This document shows positions 14,651-28,448 of a stretch of 64,000 nucleotides of DNA, one piece after another. Position 1 is the stretch's first letter. Every line of letters begins with the position of its first letter. The notes under the pieces are model-generated. The model was not told the DNA's origin. It ran no database searches and saw only the letters and a program-made list of their open reading frames with translations. Source of the DNA: the human T2T-CHM13v2.0 reference genome, Homo sapiens. The stretch lies in NCBI RefSeq assembly GCF_009914755.1, contig NC_060929.1, one strand, 5' to 3'. Position numbers and translations under genes: made by a program.

Positions 14651-16352
14651 GGTGAAGAGCTAGTAGCCAGTGTAATTTAGAGGAGCAGAGATGGGCCAGG
14701 TACAATGAGCTGGTATCTCAATGAGGGAATACAGGCTGCATGTTTTCATAATATTCATTTTTCTTTTTTCCACAGAAAAAAACCCCGTAGATTTCTTTCT
14801 GGCCAAGTTGAGGCTGTTGTCTTCCCAAAACTCCCACAGTTCTGTTGCCTCAGAGAGTAATACTTAGTGAAACTTTTGAAAACTGAACTTTCTTGTCTGT
14901 TTCCCCAGATCTGTGAGGTGGCATTTTATTACCTGTGTATCTAGTGACATGATTCCAATCATAATAAAAGAGCCATGGACCATAGAATGACCTGATTTTT
15001 CGGAAAAGCTTTTGCTGATACAGTAACTGATTTTATTTTCCTATTAAAAATGAAATTGAAAGTCTCCTTTAGCAGCTTGCTGCATGGACAACCACCACCT
15101 TGGTCCTACTCAACAGCCATATTGATCAGAGTAAAAAGTGCCAGTAATGACTGCAAATGAACCCAGTAGATAGGCCTGGCACCTAATGGTATATTAAATT
15201 ATTTGACATTGCCAAGGTCACCACTTCCTGACATAGAATCAATCTTTCTCTTAATCAGAAGAGGCATAAAGGGTCACAAGTTCCATTTGAGACAATGGTT
15301 AAGGGGGCAAAGGAGGAAAGGGGCAGATGATTTAACTTTATGTGCATTTATTAGATGGAAATTTCCATGTATCTTGCTGTTATTAATCCACAGTGCAGAC
15401 AGAGGAAGGGGAGGCTTTGACAGGAAGAGAATGAGGTAAATGGAACCTAGTAAACACAGCTTAGCCACAGAGGGCAGTAAAATAATTCAGTGAATCCAGG
15501 AACATTATCAATCATCAACCCTACAGTTAGTTCTGCCTTTGATTGTTTAAATGTGGGGCCTGGAAACTCAGAATTTGTTCACAATCAGGGCAGGGCACCT
15601 TCATCTTGAGTTTGGATGGGCTTACGCTTATGGGCTCAGCCCTGGACTGAGCTGATTCCTTGGAAGGAACATTCTCACTGTAGTCAGTACTGCAAAAGCA
15701 GATTCTTTCATCACTGTAAGTGCTCAGTGACCACTTAGGATGGCGCTAGACTCTGTGTGACACTGGAGTTGAAAGGAAAAGGAATTACAACACCATTATA
15801 TCTGATCCCTGCTCTCAAAAAATTTATACTCAGAAAAGAAATACCAACACAGGAAACAGCCAGAGGAACCCATTTGATAGTCTGAGGATATGGACTGAAG
15901 AGTAGTATTTACACAGTAAATGCTACCAGCCAGAGGAAGAAGAGGAAGATGTGTGTGAACCTGAGCAGTCCCACAGTCCTGTCGGCTCAAGAACATAATG
16001 TTTAGTGAAAAGTTCCACATACCATCTTTTTTGCCTTTTTCCCCAGGCCTATGGTGAGGCATTTCAGTATGTGTGCAAACAGTGTAAAAAGCAAGAGGTT
16101 CTAAAAATAAAATACTTCTTATTTTTCTACTGTGAGTTGAGAAGCCAGCAGTTAGTTATTGACCTGTTGCTGTTTGTAGTCATATTAGTTATTTGCAGAG
16201 AATGAAAATGTGGGATCCAGACAATACATGATTATTTGGGGCTTCTAGCTTTCATCATATTTTTTAATAGACTTTATTTTAAAAGTCTTTTAACATACAT
16301 TTTGCTTTATTAGAAAAAATTAAATAGTACTCTCTGTAGAGATTATCTAATC

Positions 16353-17050
16353 TAAGAGTTGCCAACATCTGTACCTACAAGAGCCAGGCAGTTAATACGA
16401 ATGAGTCATGATGGTAGGGACGAGTAGGGCAATAGGTGGAGCCTCTAGGGTCATGGAGAGGAGGGCAGGATCCACCCAAAGAGGCACCCATTACCCAGGA
16501 ATACCACTGCTGCCATGTAGAGATATGGCCCAGTATTGCCAGTGTCTCTGATTATGAAATGGTAGTTTCTATGTGAAATTTACTGATTACTGTGGTTTGA
16601 ATGTGTCCTCCAAAGATCATGTGTTGGAAACTTAATCCCCAATGCAACAGTGTTGAGAGGTAGGACCTTTAAGAGGTGATTAGGAATGGATTAATGCCAT
16701 TATCTCAGGAGTGGGTTAGTTATCATGAGAGCTTGGCTCTATCTTACTTGTCTGCTCTTGTGCTCTCTTGCTCTTTTGCCTTCTGTTACAGAATGATGCA
16801 CAAAAGCTTTTTCCATATGCTCTTGGACTTCCCAGCCTCAAGAATCATAAGTCAAATAAACCATTTTTTTAAATCAACTACCCAGTCTGTGGTATTCCAG
16901 TCTAAGGTATTCTGTTACAGCAACACAACATAGACTACGACAATGATATTTAAGTCATTATTTAGCTCTTATACACACACTTATACACACATACTCAAGC
17001 TAAATAACAACAAAAAAATTTACGTCTAGATCTGGTCCTTGCATCACTGA
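16353..17050. mobile_element. hAT-Charlie fragment (MER103-like) split by MSTD
   Basis: agagttgccaac...gagccaggcagttaa...ccagtattgccag...tatgtgaaattt, with a weak continuation after the LTR. Confidence 0.4.
16588..16942 (+). mobile_element. MaLR solo LTR (MSTD)
   Basis: tgtggtttgaatgtgtcctccaaagatcatgtgttggaaacttaatccccaatgcaacagtgttgagagg... ending ttctgttacagcaacacaacatagactacgaca. Confidence 0.9.
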
Positions 17051-17074
17051 TTTAGAATACCTGATTTACAGCAA

Positions 17075-17220
17075 TTGTACATTTAACAGATGGAGAAACA
17101 AGATCTATAAATGTGAGATGACTTGCCTAAGGTCATACAACTAGCTAGTGAGAGAGCTGAGACTAGAACTCAGCTTTCCTGACTTTTCAATCTCAGTTGA
17201 TTTCACTACACCATACTGCC
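17075..17220 (-). mobile_element. MIR SINE
   Basis: atttaacagatggagaaac...tgacttgcctaaggtcatacaactagctagtg...cactacaccatactgcc. Confidence 0.85.
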
Positions 17221-18544
17221 TTACAAGAAATGTTTTTGAAGTTACAGAAAAGTTCAAACTACAGAATACCTAAGGGAAAATCATTTTATTCTCCTCTATT
17301 CCTCATTTCTCAGAGTTTTAATGATTAACCACAGCCATCAAATACATGTCTGAGACTGCCATGTGTCTGCATCTCAAGTCCTTTTCAGCTGATTGTACCT
17401 TTAGGATTTTTCTTGACAATGGCAATGAGTGAGCATTTGGGCCATCTACAAAGGGGACAAAATACAGTGCCTTGATTTAACATGTTGGGGAGTTTCAAAA
17501 GAAAAATCCCCAGTGCTTAGGCTTGCAGGCTGCTATAGACTGCACTGCAGTGCTCGTAGTCCCAGGGCCAGCAAAATCTTGACAGTTTATCATTTGGAGT
17601 AGGAATCAGCAAGTCCTAGTTTCATTTCCTACCAGGAATAGACAAAGCCTCCACAAGAAAATCATCCCTTGATGGCTGATAAAAATAGAATTGCAATTTA
17701 TGTTTCCATCTACTCCCTCTATCGTCAGGCTCTTAAGGTGTACTTTCTGTCGTAATGGCTGATTTAGATGGATTCTTGGGGTGCTGGATCACTGCTGATG
17801 ACATTAATGGTCTTGGGCTCCTTGAATCTTGATTGATTGCTATAATCTGTGAAACTATTTCAGGACATAGATTTATTATTATTAAGCCTATAAAATGGTG
17901 TCAGGGTCAAAGCAAACTGACGATGTGTGTTGTGATGCAAACATGGCCAAGGTGTGGATGCCACCATTTAATAGAAGTGAATGGCAGGAAGGAACAGTGT
18001 TTCATCCTCCACTCATGACCTGACTCAGGCCTTCTCCAAAAGGGGTAGTGAATTTGAGCTCCATTTGCACTGGGCAGGGGTTGAGAAGGGGGATGCAAAG
18101 AAGATAAATGTATACTATCAATTATTCTCCTACATTTTTGAATTCCTTAAGGAACTTTTGATAGAATTTTCTTTTCAGTTCACTTAAAACTGAAATGAAA
18201 ATTTAGAAGTGGCTAAAGATTTTCTCCATTTTTCTCTGGCCCCCAGATAGTGTCTAGCTTTCGTAGCTCAAACCTGTTGTTTTTGGACTCTGAGAAAATA
18301 TTAATATCCCACTTAACCTCTATCAAGGAGAGAAGAAAAAGCTAAGCAGGGAATTATATTATAGCTATTTTATCCTTCCTTTCTTCTCTCCTTTCAGAAA
18401 GCTTCTGGTTCCTCTATTAAGGGCAAGGAAAAGGATTTTATATTAGACTGGGTTCCAGAAAGATATTCTCAGAATCACCATTTCAAACTCCTCTTTAGAT
18501 GGGAGGGAAGTATTCAACAAAATAATAATTCATGTTTTCAATTT

Positions 18545-19890
18545 ACCTGTGGAATGTAGAAAGCTAGGAAGAGCTCCAATCTCATTCTTACAGCAATATA
18601 AAGTCAGACAATTGTATATTTATAACCTTTTATAGATTTCTCAAAAAGCTGAGGTCATAAGTCAACCAACTAACTCACAATTTAAGGAAGACAGGTGACT
18701 GCAAGAAGAGGTGGATTGTGAACACTCTCCTTTTTCCTAGGGCTCATACAATGAACACCCACCAGCAGGAAGAATTCAGCTAAAATTACTAATGAATTGA
18801 TTGAGAGTGGCCAATGTAGACTAATGAGAAAGTATAGAATTCTGGGGGCCACAGATAGAAGGTGAATTCATGAAGGATTGTCTCCACTGACCTCAGTGGA
18901 TGCTCACATAAAAGACTGAAAGAGTCCTGGGAAAGCATCCCTGGGGGTGCAGGTTGGGAGAGGGGAGGAAGCCTTTCTCCAGAAAGGCTTCACACTTTGC
19001 CCAGCTTTTTTCCCCAGAGAAACAAGTTTTAAACTGCTGTAGGGGAGGAGGAGACAAGAAACTCTGGAGCCCATTGCAACTGTGGTAAGAAAAAAACCCT
19101 CCTACCTCTGGGATAAAAGGAGCATTGCATAATAATAAAGGAGTCAGTTATCTAAAAAGTCAATAGTCCTAAATCTGAATTCACCTGACACCAGAGCATC
19201 AAAATACTTGAATCAGAAACAGATAGAAATGAAAGGAGAAATTGACCATTATATCTGAAGACTTCAATACTCCACTCTCAGTTATTAATACAAAAGTAGG
19301 TAGAAAATCAGTGAGAATAAAGAAAAATGCTGTCAACCAACTTCACCTAATTGACATTTATTATACTCCATTTAACTGCAGCAGAATAGACATTCTTTGC
19401 AAGTGTATATGGACCATTCATCAAGAGAGGCAATATCCTGGATCATAAAACAAATCTTAACAAATTAGGAAGACTAGAAAATTATGCTAAGTACATTCCC
19501 TGATCATGACAGAATTAAACCAGAAATCAATAACCGAAAGATAGCTTGGAAAACTCACAAACATTTGAAAATTAAGGAACATATTTCTAAACAATCCAGG
19601 GCTCAAAGAGAAATTTTCAAGGGAAATTAAAAATATTTTTAACAGAATGAAATACAAACAAGACATATCAAAATTCATGGGATAGAGTTATTGAAGTACT
19701 TTGAGGAAAATGTATATAGCATTATATGCTTATACTAGAAAAAAAGAAAGTTCTCAAATTGATAATCAAAGTTTCTGCACCCCCTCCCCCAAGAAATTAG
19801 AAAAGGAAAAGTAAATTAAACCCAAAGCTAGAAGATGGTAGGAAATAATAAAGAGGAGAAACCAGCGAAATTTAAAATAGAAAAACAGTA
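18545..19890 (+). mobile_element. Ancient L1M: 5'UTR-like segment joined to an ORF2 endonuclease-region fossil
   Basis: 19110-19890 translates in broken frames to L1 EN motifs (DK.GH.IIIK; TIISEDFNTPLS). 18545-19110 resembles an old L1M 5' end. Confidence 0.85.
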
Positions 19891-21068
19891 CTGGAGAAGA
19901 TCGTTTCCCCCATTGCAGTGCTTACTATGATATATAAGTTCTGTCATTCTAAAATACCCTGAGGAAATCAAGAATCACATTTTTTTTAGAGTGGCCAAAA
20001 GATTCCCATGAGACTAATCTTCTTTGGAAGTCAGCCAGGAAATAAGAGTTTGGATGTCGATGTCCAGGGCTGGCACTGTCCTCTGTGGTGGTGCCCAGGA
20101 GAGAAGACAGCCAACAGTGTAGGTCTTAACCAGGACAGCTGCAAGAAGATCTCCTCAATAATCCCAAACACAATGTACTCTGCCCACAGGAAGCTGTCAA
20201 TCTGTCATGGGAGACAGGCAAACATTGCCTACTGTCGTGATTAAACTACAAGGTGCTATGATGGGTATCAGCACTGAGTCCATGGAAACCAAAGGAAGAA
20301 GCGTCACAGTTGACCAGAAGGTGAGGTTCCTTTGACAGATACAGTGCCTGAATACAGTGCCGGATAATGTTCTGAAGGTGGAGAAAACATTAATATGAAA
20401 GTAGAAGAAGAGCTCATATAAATCAGCCAGAATTACTTTCATGCTTAACATAATAAGAGCAGTTGAATGGAACAAAATATGTGGAACTGAACTTTTTTGT
20501 AGTTTAGATCAAATACCTGCTCTAAATTCTATAAGTAGGATATTGTGCTATTCACTCAAGCCACTGCTACCGGTCTATGCCTTGAAATTTTATGAATGCT
20601 AGCTTCTTAATAACTGCTAAATCTATTTAATTTTTCTATTTTTTCTGGTAATTGTGTGAGAAAGAGACAGGTATAAATGAATAACAAGAATTATCCCTTT
20701 CCAAGGAAGGGGGCTATTGAGGACATAAGGACTCTGAAGCCAAGTTAAGGTAACAATTCCTCATGTTTCAGTAGATTGAAGAATGGATACCTGCATAATG
20801 GCATGCACATATTAATAAACAAAGAAGTCATATATCCACATGAAAATTCAGTGTAAAAGACATCTAAACACTCTGAAATTATCTTGTTAGGCACTATACA
20901 TACAGCAAACCAGATCCTGATACACTAAATGAGTTCAAATTTCTTTATATCCAAGATTATTGATGTGAGATGCAGTTATATTTAGACTTATGCCTATGTT
21001 CAAAGCATTGCACAGAAGTTGAATAGTCAGCTTTTATAATAACCCCATGTAAGTGAAAATTCTATGGC

Positions 21069-21113
21069 TGTGTGTGTGTTTGTTTGTGTGTATGTGTGTG
21101 TGTGTGTGTGTGT
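21069..21113. repeat. (TG)n microsatellite, imperfect
   Basis: Directly visible. Confidence 0.95.
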
Positions 21114-21861
21114 ATACGTGTCCTGGAAAGCCTTCCCCAGGTAGATGGTTTGCCCCCCGCAATAAAAATGAGGGACAGTAACAGGAGATGAGACTCAGGG
21201 AAGCCAAACACCTACCTCGGGCTGAAACAGGTATTTGTTCTGTCTTGAGAAAAGCCAAAAACTAAAAGCTCATTTTACAATCATTTTGAGCACTCCTAAA
21301 GGGAAACTGTATGAGGGGTAAGGAACTTGGGAAAGGAAGAGGGAGGTTAGAGCTGAAATTTACCGTTTGAGCACAGGTTATGGTTCAAAAAGGAAATCAA
21401 ATGCCTTCTGGAAACGAATGTTCCTCCTACTCCATCTCTATCACACCAACATGTTCTAAAAGTTTTTGGTTTTTTTAAATAAGCTTTATTCTTCTCCCTT
21501 GAAAACAAAAGTTTGTTGCCCTTTGATGAGCACCTGGCTTCCAGGTCAAGTGGCTTTTCTCCTGAGGCCTCTTTAGGGCACAACCTAGCCCCAGATTTGC
21601 TGGCCTATGTAGTCAAAATAGAGGATTCAGCAAAGGAGTCTAAGCAAAGTGTGGTATGTGTGCATTTCCTGAAGAGTCAGAGACATTGTCTCAATCCTAA
21701 ACCTTATTGAGCACTATCTCCTGATCTTTTCACATTTCCAGTGGTGGGGACAGACACCTGTATTTTAAAACATTTCCTCCCATCATTCTGCTCTGCAGCT
21801 CCATGAACACCACTGTATAAGAAGAGACGTCCGACAGGGCAAAGACTGTGTTGCTCATCTC

Positions 21862-22020
21862 TATTTATTTGACTAATATTTACTGAGCATCTACAATAAG
21901 CCAAGAACCATTAGGATTTGGCCATAAAATAGTGAATAAGAGAGACACCTTCCCTACCCTCATGGAGCTTTTACTGGGGGAGTCAGATGTTAAACAAATA
22001 ATTATAGTTAATTAAATATT
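21862..22020 (-). mobile_element. LINE-2 3' end fragment
   Basis: aatatttactgagcatctac...gtgaataagagagacaccttccctaccctcatggagctt. Confidence 0.8.
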
Positions 22021-22331
22021 TGCAACTAATTTAAGAATTAAAAGGTGAAAGAAAAACTTCCATATCTCAAGCATCTGGCCAAGCACAGTATAAATACACA
22101 ACAAATATTTGTCAAATATCTGCTATTTCTTTGGGTTATCCCATGGGCAATAAATGCCCAAATATATTCTGTTAATAGTTACTAGGCAAGCAAAAGACTA
22201 TCCGTCTGATAACTTTGAGAAACCTGGTTTAGACCAAGTCAAATAGGCTTCTTTAATGCAGGGATTCTCCAGACCTTAACACACTAATATGCATTGACTC
22301 TCTAAGTTAGCTCTCAGATTTGCATAGGATA

Positions 22332-22715
22332 TGTATTAGTTCATTCTCAAATTGCTATAAAAAAACTACCTGATACTGGGTAATTTATAAAGAAAAGAGG
22401 TTTAATTGGCTCACGGTTCTGCAGGTTTTACAGGAAGCAGGGCTGGGGAGGCCTCAGGAAACTTACAATCATGGTGGAAGGTGAAGGGGAAGTAGGCACA
22501 TCTTACATGGCTGGAGTAGGATGAAGAGAGAGAAAGGGGAGGGGCTACACACTTTTAAACAACCAGATCTCATGAGAACTCTCACTAGCACAAGAACAGC
22601 ATGATCCATCCTCACCCCCATGATTCAATCACCCCCCTACCACACCCCTCCACCAACATTGGGGATTAAAATTCAAAATGAGATTTGGGAGGGGACACAA
22701 ATCCAAACCATATCA
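22332..22715 (-). mobile_element. MaLR solo LTR (MSTA-like)
   Basis: tgtattagttcattctc...ggcctcaggaaacttacaatcatgg...atccaaaccatatca. Near-TSD ggata/gtata. Confidence 0.92.
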
Positions 22716-23293
22716 GTATATCACAAGTACTTCTGTCCTGCAGCATTCCAGGGAGCCTAACCATCTTGAGATATATATATAGATATATTTTTTTGGAAAT
22801 ACTTTCAATGGATTTTCAGGTGGAACTTCAATGCTTCCACCTGAAGGGGGAAAATGCCTTTCTTTTCCATTGCCAGCAACTGGGCCCTGGAGAGTCTGAT
22901 GCTGACCTGGGTTTTCTCTGGTAACACAGTCCTGCCCCTGGCCTAGGAAACACCCTCTTTGTGCCACCCAGATATGCAGAACAAGGAATAGCACACAGCC
23001 AGATGATCACTTACTTAGGGAAAATGAAAAGGCCTTGATGCATTCAAGATCTGAAGATGCAGAAATAAGCACTGCAATCTGAGTGCCTAGTGACTTTGCT
23101 TGGTACCACCTGGAGTTCAAGGTCAGGGCAAGGGTACACACTCAAGTCTGATGACTTCCCATAAGAACGTTTGCATACTTGGTGGTAGGAACAGGAAGTA
23201 TTTGCTAGACTGTGCAAAGTGACATGAAATTTAGCTGCAAAAGCTGAACTCAAGATTTATCCACACTGAAAACGTAAATCCATTGTTCCTATT

Positions 23294-23400
23294 TAGGGTT
23301 GCACTGGGCATACTTACACTAAAAAGTTATTTGTTGTTTATCTGAACTTCTAACTTCAATGGCCATCCTGTATGTTTATCTGCTAAGTCTGGCAACTCTA
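23294..23400. mobile_element. MER53 hAT MITE, internally deleted
   Basis: Both TIRs present (tagggttgc...ggcaactcta) with only one palindromic arm (ttgttgtttatctgaa...). Confidence 0.8.
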
Positions 23401-23700
23401 CTTTTGTGCCTGTTTGCTCTGGCTACCATGAGTTCTGCCCATGAGTGTGAGCTTTGAATACAAGGGGCTAAGAAGGCTGTGCTGTGGGTGCCAACCTGTC
23501 AAGGTAGTACCCAGTCTAGCTGCTGTGCAGATGTGCAGGACAAACTTTGCTGAGAAGCACTCCTGGCGCTATCAGATTTGGCTAGTTTCTGCTGCTGGTA
23601 AGCTGGCAAATTCCACTCTTATTTCAAAACCAAAAAAAAAAAAAAAAAAAGAAGAGGTGAGTTTTACAAGCAGTCTTTTGTGGTACAGAACAGAGTAGAG

Positions 23701-23897
23701 CAGTGATTCTCAACTGGGAGCAAGCTGGCAACGTCTGGAGACAGTTTTGATTATTACAGCTGGAGGCAGAGGGGACAGTGCTACTGGCTTCTAGCTGGTA
23801 GAAGACAGGATAAACATCCTACAATGCACAGGACAGGCCCTGCATCAAAGAATTATGTAGCCCAAAATGTTAATAATGCCAAGGATTAGAAATCTGG
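23701..23897. mobile_element. MER20 (hAT-Charlie)
   Basis: cagtgattctcaactggg...tgctactggcttctag...aaacatcctacaatgcacaggacag...aagaattat..gcccaaaatgt. Confidence 0.9.
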
Positions 23898-24159
23898 ACC
23901 AGAGGAAACTGAGCCATGTCCTAGAAGCAAAGCTAACCCTGAGCAAATTTGTTAAGAAGAGAAAGTTATAGTTTTCTATCCCTAACCTTCTTTCAACAAT
24001 CCCCACCCTCAAAGAGTCCAGTGTCTCTATGTTGTCCTTGGTTCCTTTAGTTGAGGGAAAACAATATCTGCCTACTATACCCCAATTATTTATTAACAAC
24101 TTAATATGCTAATCTCCCAAAATATGTTAATTTTCTAAACCATCTCCTGTTCAAAAGAT

Positions 24160-24658
24160 GGTGTGGCTGACATTGCCAACTCCCTACTTCTGAGCTGATC
24201 TCTCCTTTTTCCTTGCTAACAGAGCCCCCAACTTTGTCTGGGGAAGCATTGTGTCCAGTTAAAAATACTGACCCTCTTAAACTTTCTTTCACAAGCGAAT
24301 ATGAGATGGAATTGGAGTTTCTGGGAAGGAAATTTCCTGCCTAATATACAGACAGATTTTGCTGGCTCTGAGCTTTGTTGCTTTTGTTCTTTCTCCCCAC
24401 TCTCCTGGAATGCAGAAGTGATGGGCACAAGAGGAGCAGCTGCCATTCACAACCATGAAGCCAAAAGCCACACACAAAAGGCACTTGAGTAAGAGGCTGG
24501 AAGGGTCCTGGGTGCTTGGCAACTTTTTCAAGGTGGTGCACCATTCTGCACTAGTTATAACAAGATTTCTCATTACATTGAAAAAAAAATAAGTAACTTG
24601 GTTAATCCTCTGAAGTTGAGTTTCTGTAACATGCAACCAAGCTCAGCCTTAACTGATA
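24160..24658 (+). mobile_element. Old MaLR LTR (MLT1J/K-like)
   Basis: tgtggc start, ttccttgctaacagagccccc, ctggaatgcagaagtgatgg...gcagctgccat, and end tttctgtaacatgcaacc...aactgata. Confidence 0.7.
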
Positions 24659-25474
24659 AAAGACCTGGAGAGGAATATGCTTAACCCAAGCATTGAATCT
24701 AATGGTGAAATCCTAGGAGTATTGGAGATCCTAAGGAGTGATGAAATATGCAAGAACAGAGGATTTTCCCATCTCTCCTTAGCTCACCCAATGTAGACAC
24801 TTCTGTACTTATGTAAATGCCCTTGTTCTGACCCAAGAAGCAGGTTAGATATTAGAATATTACTAGTGCCGGTCATTGCCACAAATAGTAGAGAAAGTTC
24901 CGAGGGGATAAATGATTATAGGAAGCATTCTTGGGTGTCCCCCAGGAGGCCCAGCACGAATGACAAGTGGCCAGCCTTCATTTGGACCATATCTGTTCAC
25001 TAGGAAAGATGCTTTTGACCATACTGACTGCTGAGAGAAAAGGGCCAGCATGGCTCCAAAAAGAGTCTTAGGTCCACCTGAGAATTGACACAAAGCATTT
25101 TATGTATAATCAAGGTAAGGATTATGATGAAGAAAAGATCATCCTCAATATTAATGGCCTGTTTGCAAAGAGAAGAAAAGGTCCATGGTCACTCCTACTT
25201 TTTGAAGAACTTGCCTAGCCATCTAGCCTCATGGGGATGGAAGCTGTGGTGAGGCACTACTTCATCTGTATATTCTGGACTTAATCAGAGAAATAGCCCC
25301 TCACTTCCAATTCATACCTGCTCCTTGGCCTCTTGCCCTTTCCAGGCACTTGTCAGTGTGTCCCAAATAGGGTAAGGCTTAGCCAATGAGAAAGTGGGCA
25401 TAGCAGTGACACCGGGGATACTTGCAGTGAGGCCAGTCCCCTCTCCTGTCTCTATGTCCTTTCATGAGCCTTAT

Positions 25475-26070
25475 TAGGATGTGACTTAGACCATGTTTCT
25501 TGATCTCTCCATACTGTAAGATTCTTCCTCTGCATAAATGCTGTCAATCATAGTACCTACTGTTAATCAAGTTTAGCCTAAAGCTGCCGCCTTACATATT
25601 TAAGATAGGCCTAAAGGTTTTTCCATACATCGTGAACTATAACAAGTAGAGGTGTAATCTGACCGTAGCCCACATCTATGCCATTCACTGAGTTTGGGCC
25701 AATCAAATGTAGCCAACTGTTCAAACCATGTTCAAATGAGGCAGACACCAAGCTGTAACCAATCCAGTTGCTCCTGTACTTCACTTCAACTTCCGTATGT
25801 CATTTCCCGTTTTTTTTAACCTATAAATCTTCTTCCACCACGTGGCTGCGATGGAGTCTCTCTGAACCTGCTGTGATTCTGGGTGCTGCCTGATTCTCGA
25901 AACGTTCATTGCTCAATTATACTCCTTTAAATTTAATTCGGCTGAAGTTTTTCTTTTAGCACTACTTCATAAGGTACTTGTGAGGATTGATTGGGATTAT
26001 CCCCATAAAGAGCCCAGCCCTGGCCTTGGCCCTGGGCTGGACAAGTCTGAGAACACTCATTGAATGTCAG
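25475..26070 (+). mobile_element. MIR SINE split by a MER57 LTR
   Basis: atgtgacttagac...atagtacctac before the LTR and ctacttcataaggtacttgtgaggatt after it. Confidence 0.65.
25561..25961 (+). mobile_element. ERV1 solo LTR (MER57B-like)
   Basis: tgttaatcaagtttagcctaaagctgcc...ttttcttttagca with CCAAT boxes and tataaa. Perfect 4-bp TSD ctac at 25557-25560 and 25962-25965. Confidence 0.92.
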
Positions 26071-27678
26071 CTTGCATGATCCTCATATTATCCCACTAGA
26101 GTTTCATCATGTGGCAAAGAGGTGAGGGGATTTCCCCCATCGGTGTTAAGGAAGGCAGCTTGCTTGTATTCTCCTGAAGGATACATGAAGAATCAGACAA
26201 TGTGTTATTTTGTTATCTGATTGTCTTCTTGGGCAATCTGTAGAGAATATACAACAATCAGTTCTAGCTCTCAAAGAGCTAGAAAGTCACCCCTAGCAGC
26301 CACTGAAGCAGCTACTTCCTTGGGGGTGGGAGAGGTGCTGCTCTGGGCTGTTTACTCACCACCTACCCTCCACCCCTCAAACCTCGTGATACTTGGCTAG
26401 ACCTGAACCCTGAGAAGGGCCCTGAAGGCTCAAAGTCACAGGAGAAGCCAGCCCAGCTCCAGGGGGAGGAGACAGACAGTGGAAGAATGAGGAAGGGGGA
26501 GGGGAAAGGAGGTCCTCTGCACCCAAGTTTTAAGGTCTCCTTGAATTCAGACCATCTGCACAGATGGCCAGAAGCAGCCCTGAGGTTTTTCCCACCTAAT
26601 GGAATGTGTAGGTTTAAATGGGAGGACTTGGGCATGTAAACCATTAACAGGACTCCCAGCCAGGTGACAATGATACAATATGCCCTTGTTTGGGAGCCCT
26701 GTCTGAATTATGCCTTTGTGTAATATAATCTGTGCAAACTGCTTCTGGGCCAGAAGCCACTGTAAGCAGGCTGTGTCTCACCTCAGGTTTTTATCTAAAA
26801 AGCCTTACCTAAGAAACACAATAGCCCAAGTTGACCTGGCGTGATTTCTTTTAAAGGTGAGTGTGCACATGTGCATTGAGGGGGAAGGGAAGTAGGTAAA
26901 TGAACCAAACAACTCACTTGCATATTAAACTCTCACTTGTAAAACTCGCAAAGAATAAAGAAATGGGCATAAAACGTAGCATTGAAATCATACATAGAGG
27001 GAGATTTCATCAAACGCTGCCTTCATGAGGCAGTGTTCTGCACACACGTACAGATTGTGTGGTGTTTGGGCAGGGCATTTGTCATACTGGCAAGCACTCG
27101 GTTAAAAAGTAATCAGGTTCCAGGCCCTCTGTTCTTCCCAGAGAGAAGAGGCTGCTCCTGGATGTGGGCGTACCTGGCTATCTGCACACTAAGGATCCCC
27201 AAGCAATCTGTAAATATTACCTCACTGGTTAGGCAAGCTCATGCCCCCTGCAGTGTTTAAGAATGATGGCAAAGAGCCAACCAGGGATCTACCCTATTTC
27301 CTGGTCAGAGAGTGACCTTGGGTTCCCTTATAAGCCTGAATAGAATCCTGCTGAAATACTCCCAGACACAGCACCTCCTTCACTAAGAGATCATCTCCAG
27401 TTTAATAACAGCACGGGGCATACCCGAGAGCCTCCCTGAGGTTCCTTTGTGTAATTCCACCCATGTGCTGGTCTAAATGAGCCCTCATTTTTCTTAAAGT
27501 TTACACCTTTATGAAATTATGTAAGCCATTTCAAATATTTTGACAACCAAATGAAAACCCATAAGTAGAACAAACTTATCATCCATCAATATGATACCTG
27601 TACAATATATTCTTACCAAGAACAACTACGCAGTTGCTTAAAAGAATAAGGCTACATGTATTGATACAGAATTATCTC

Positions 27679-28133
27679 CACAGTGGGTTGAATGAAGGCT
27701 TCCAAAAAGATATGTTCATATCCTAACCTCTGAACACGTGAATGTAACCTCATTTGGAAAAGAGGTTTTGGCAGATGTAATTAAGTTAAGAACCTTGAAA
27801 TGAGATCATCCTAGACAATCTGCATGGGCTCTAAATCCAATGACAATTGTCCTTATAGGAGACACAAGGGAAGGCACAGAAGAGAGAACACAGAGGGCAA
27901 GGCCATGTGAAGACAGAGACTGAAATTGGAGTGATGCAGCCACAAGCCAAGGAATGCCTGGAGCCACCAGAAGTTGGAAGAGGCAAGAAATAGACTCTCT
28001 TCTAGAGCCTGTGGAGCTCTGCTAATACCTTGATTTTGGATTTCTGCCCTCCAGAACCATGACAGAATAAAGTTCTGTCTTAAGTCACCTAGTTTGCGGT
28101 AAATTGTAAAAGCATCCCTAGGAAATGAATGGA
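27679..28133 (+). mobile_element. MaLR solo LTR (MLT1C)
   Basis: gtgaatgtaacctcatttggaaaagagg...gcagatgtaattaagttaag...gccacaagccaaggaatgcctggagccaccagaag. Confidence 0.9.
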
Positions 28134-28448
28134 CTCTCCAAGTATTTAAGTATTAAAAAAGATACAAGACACTGGTAAGAGTCTTGTCTCTGGGAAGAGG
28201 GGTACTTATGTTCTCCTTTGAATGGCACTCCCTAAAGTTGGGCACTGCTATGGACAGAATAATTGCCCCCCAAATATGTACTCATCATAATCCCCAGAAT
28301 CTATGAATATGGTAGGTTACATGGCAAAGTTGAATGAAGATTACAGATGGAATTAAGATTAGTTAGTTGAGCTTAAGACAGGGAGATTGTCCTGGACTGT
28401 CTGGGTGGGCCTGATGTAATCACAAGGATCTTTAGAAGTAGAAGAGAG

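Noticed and set aside
15462-15748. Two CTCF-like strings (gccacagagggcagta; ccacttaggatggcgcta)
   Set aside because: Both need indels or several mismatches in the core to fit CCASYAGRKGGCRS.
17542-17553. 12-bp palindrome gcactgcagtgc (also caaatgcatttg near 47272)
   Set aside because: Palindromes of this length are expected by chance several times in 64 kb.
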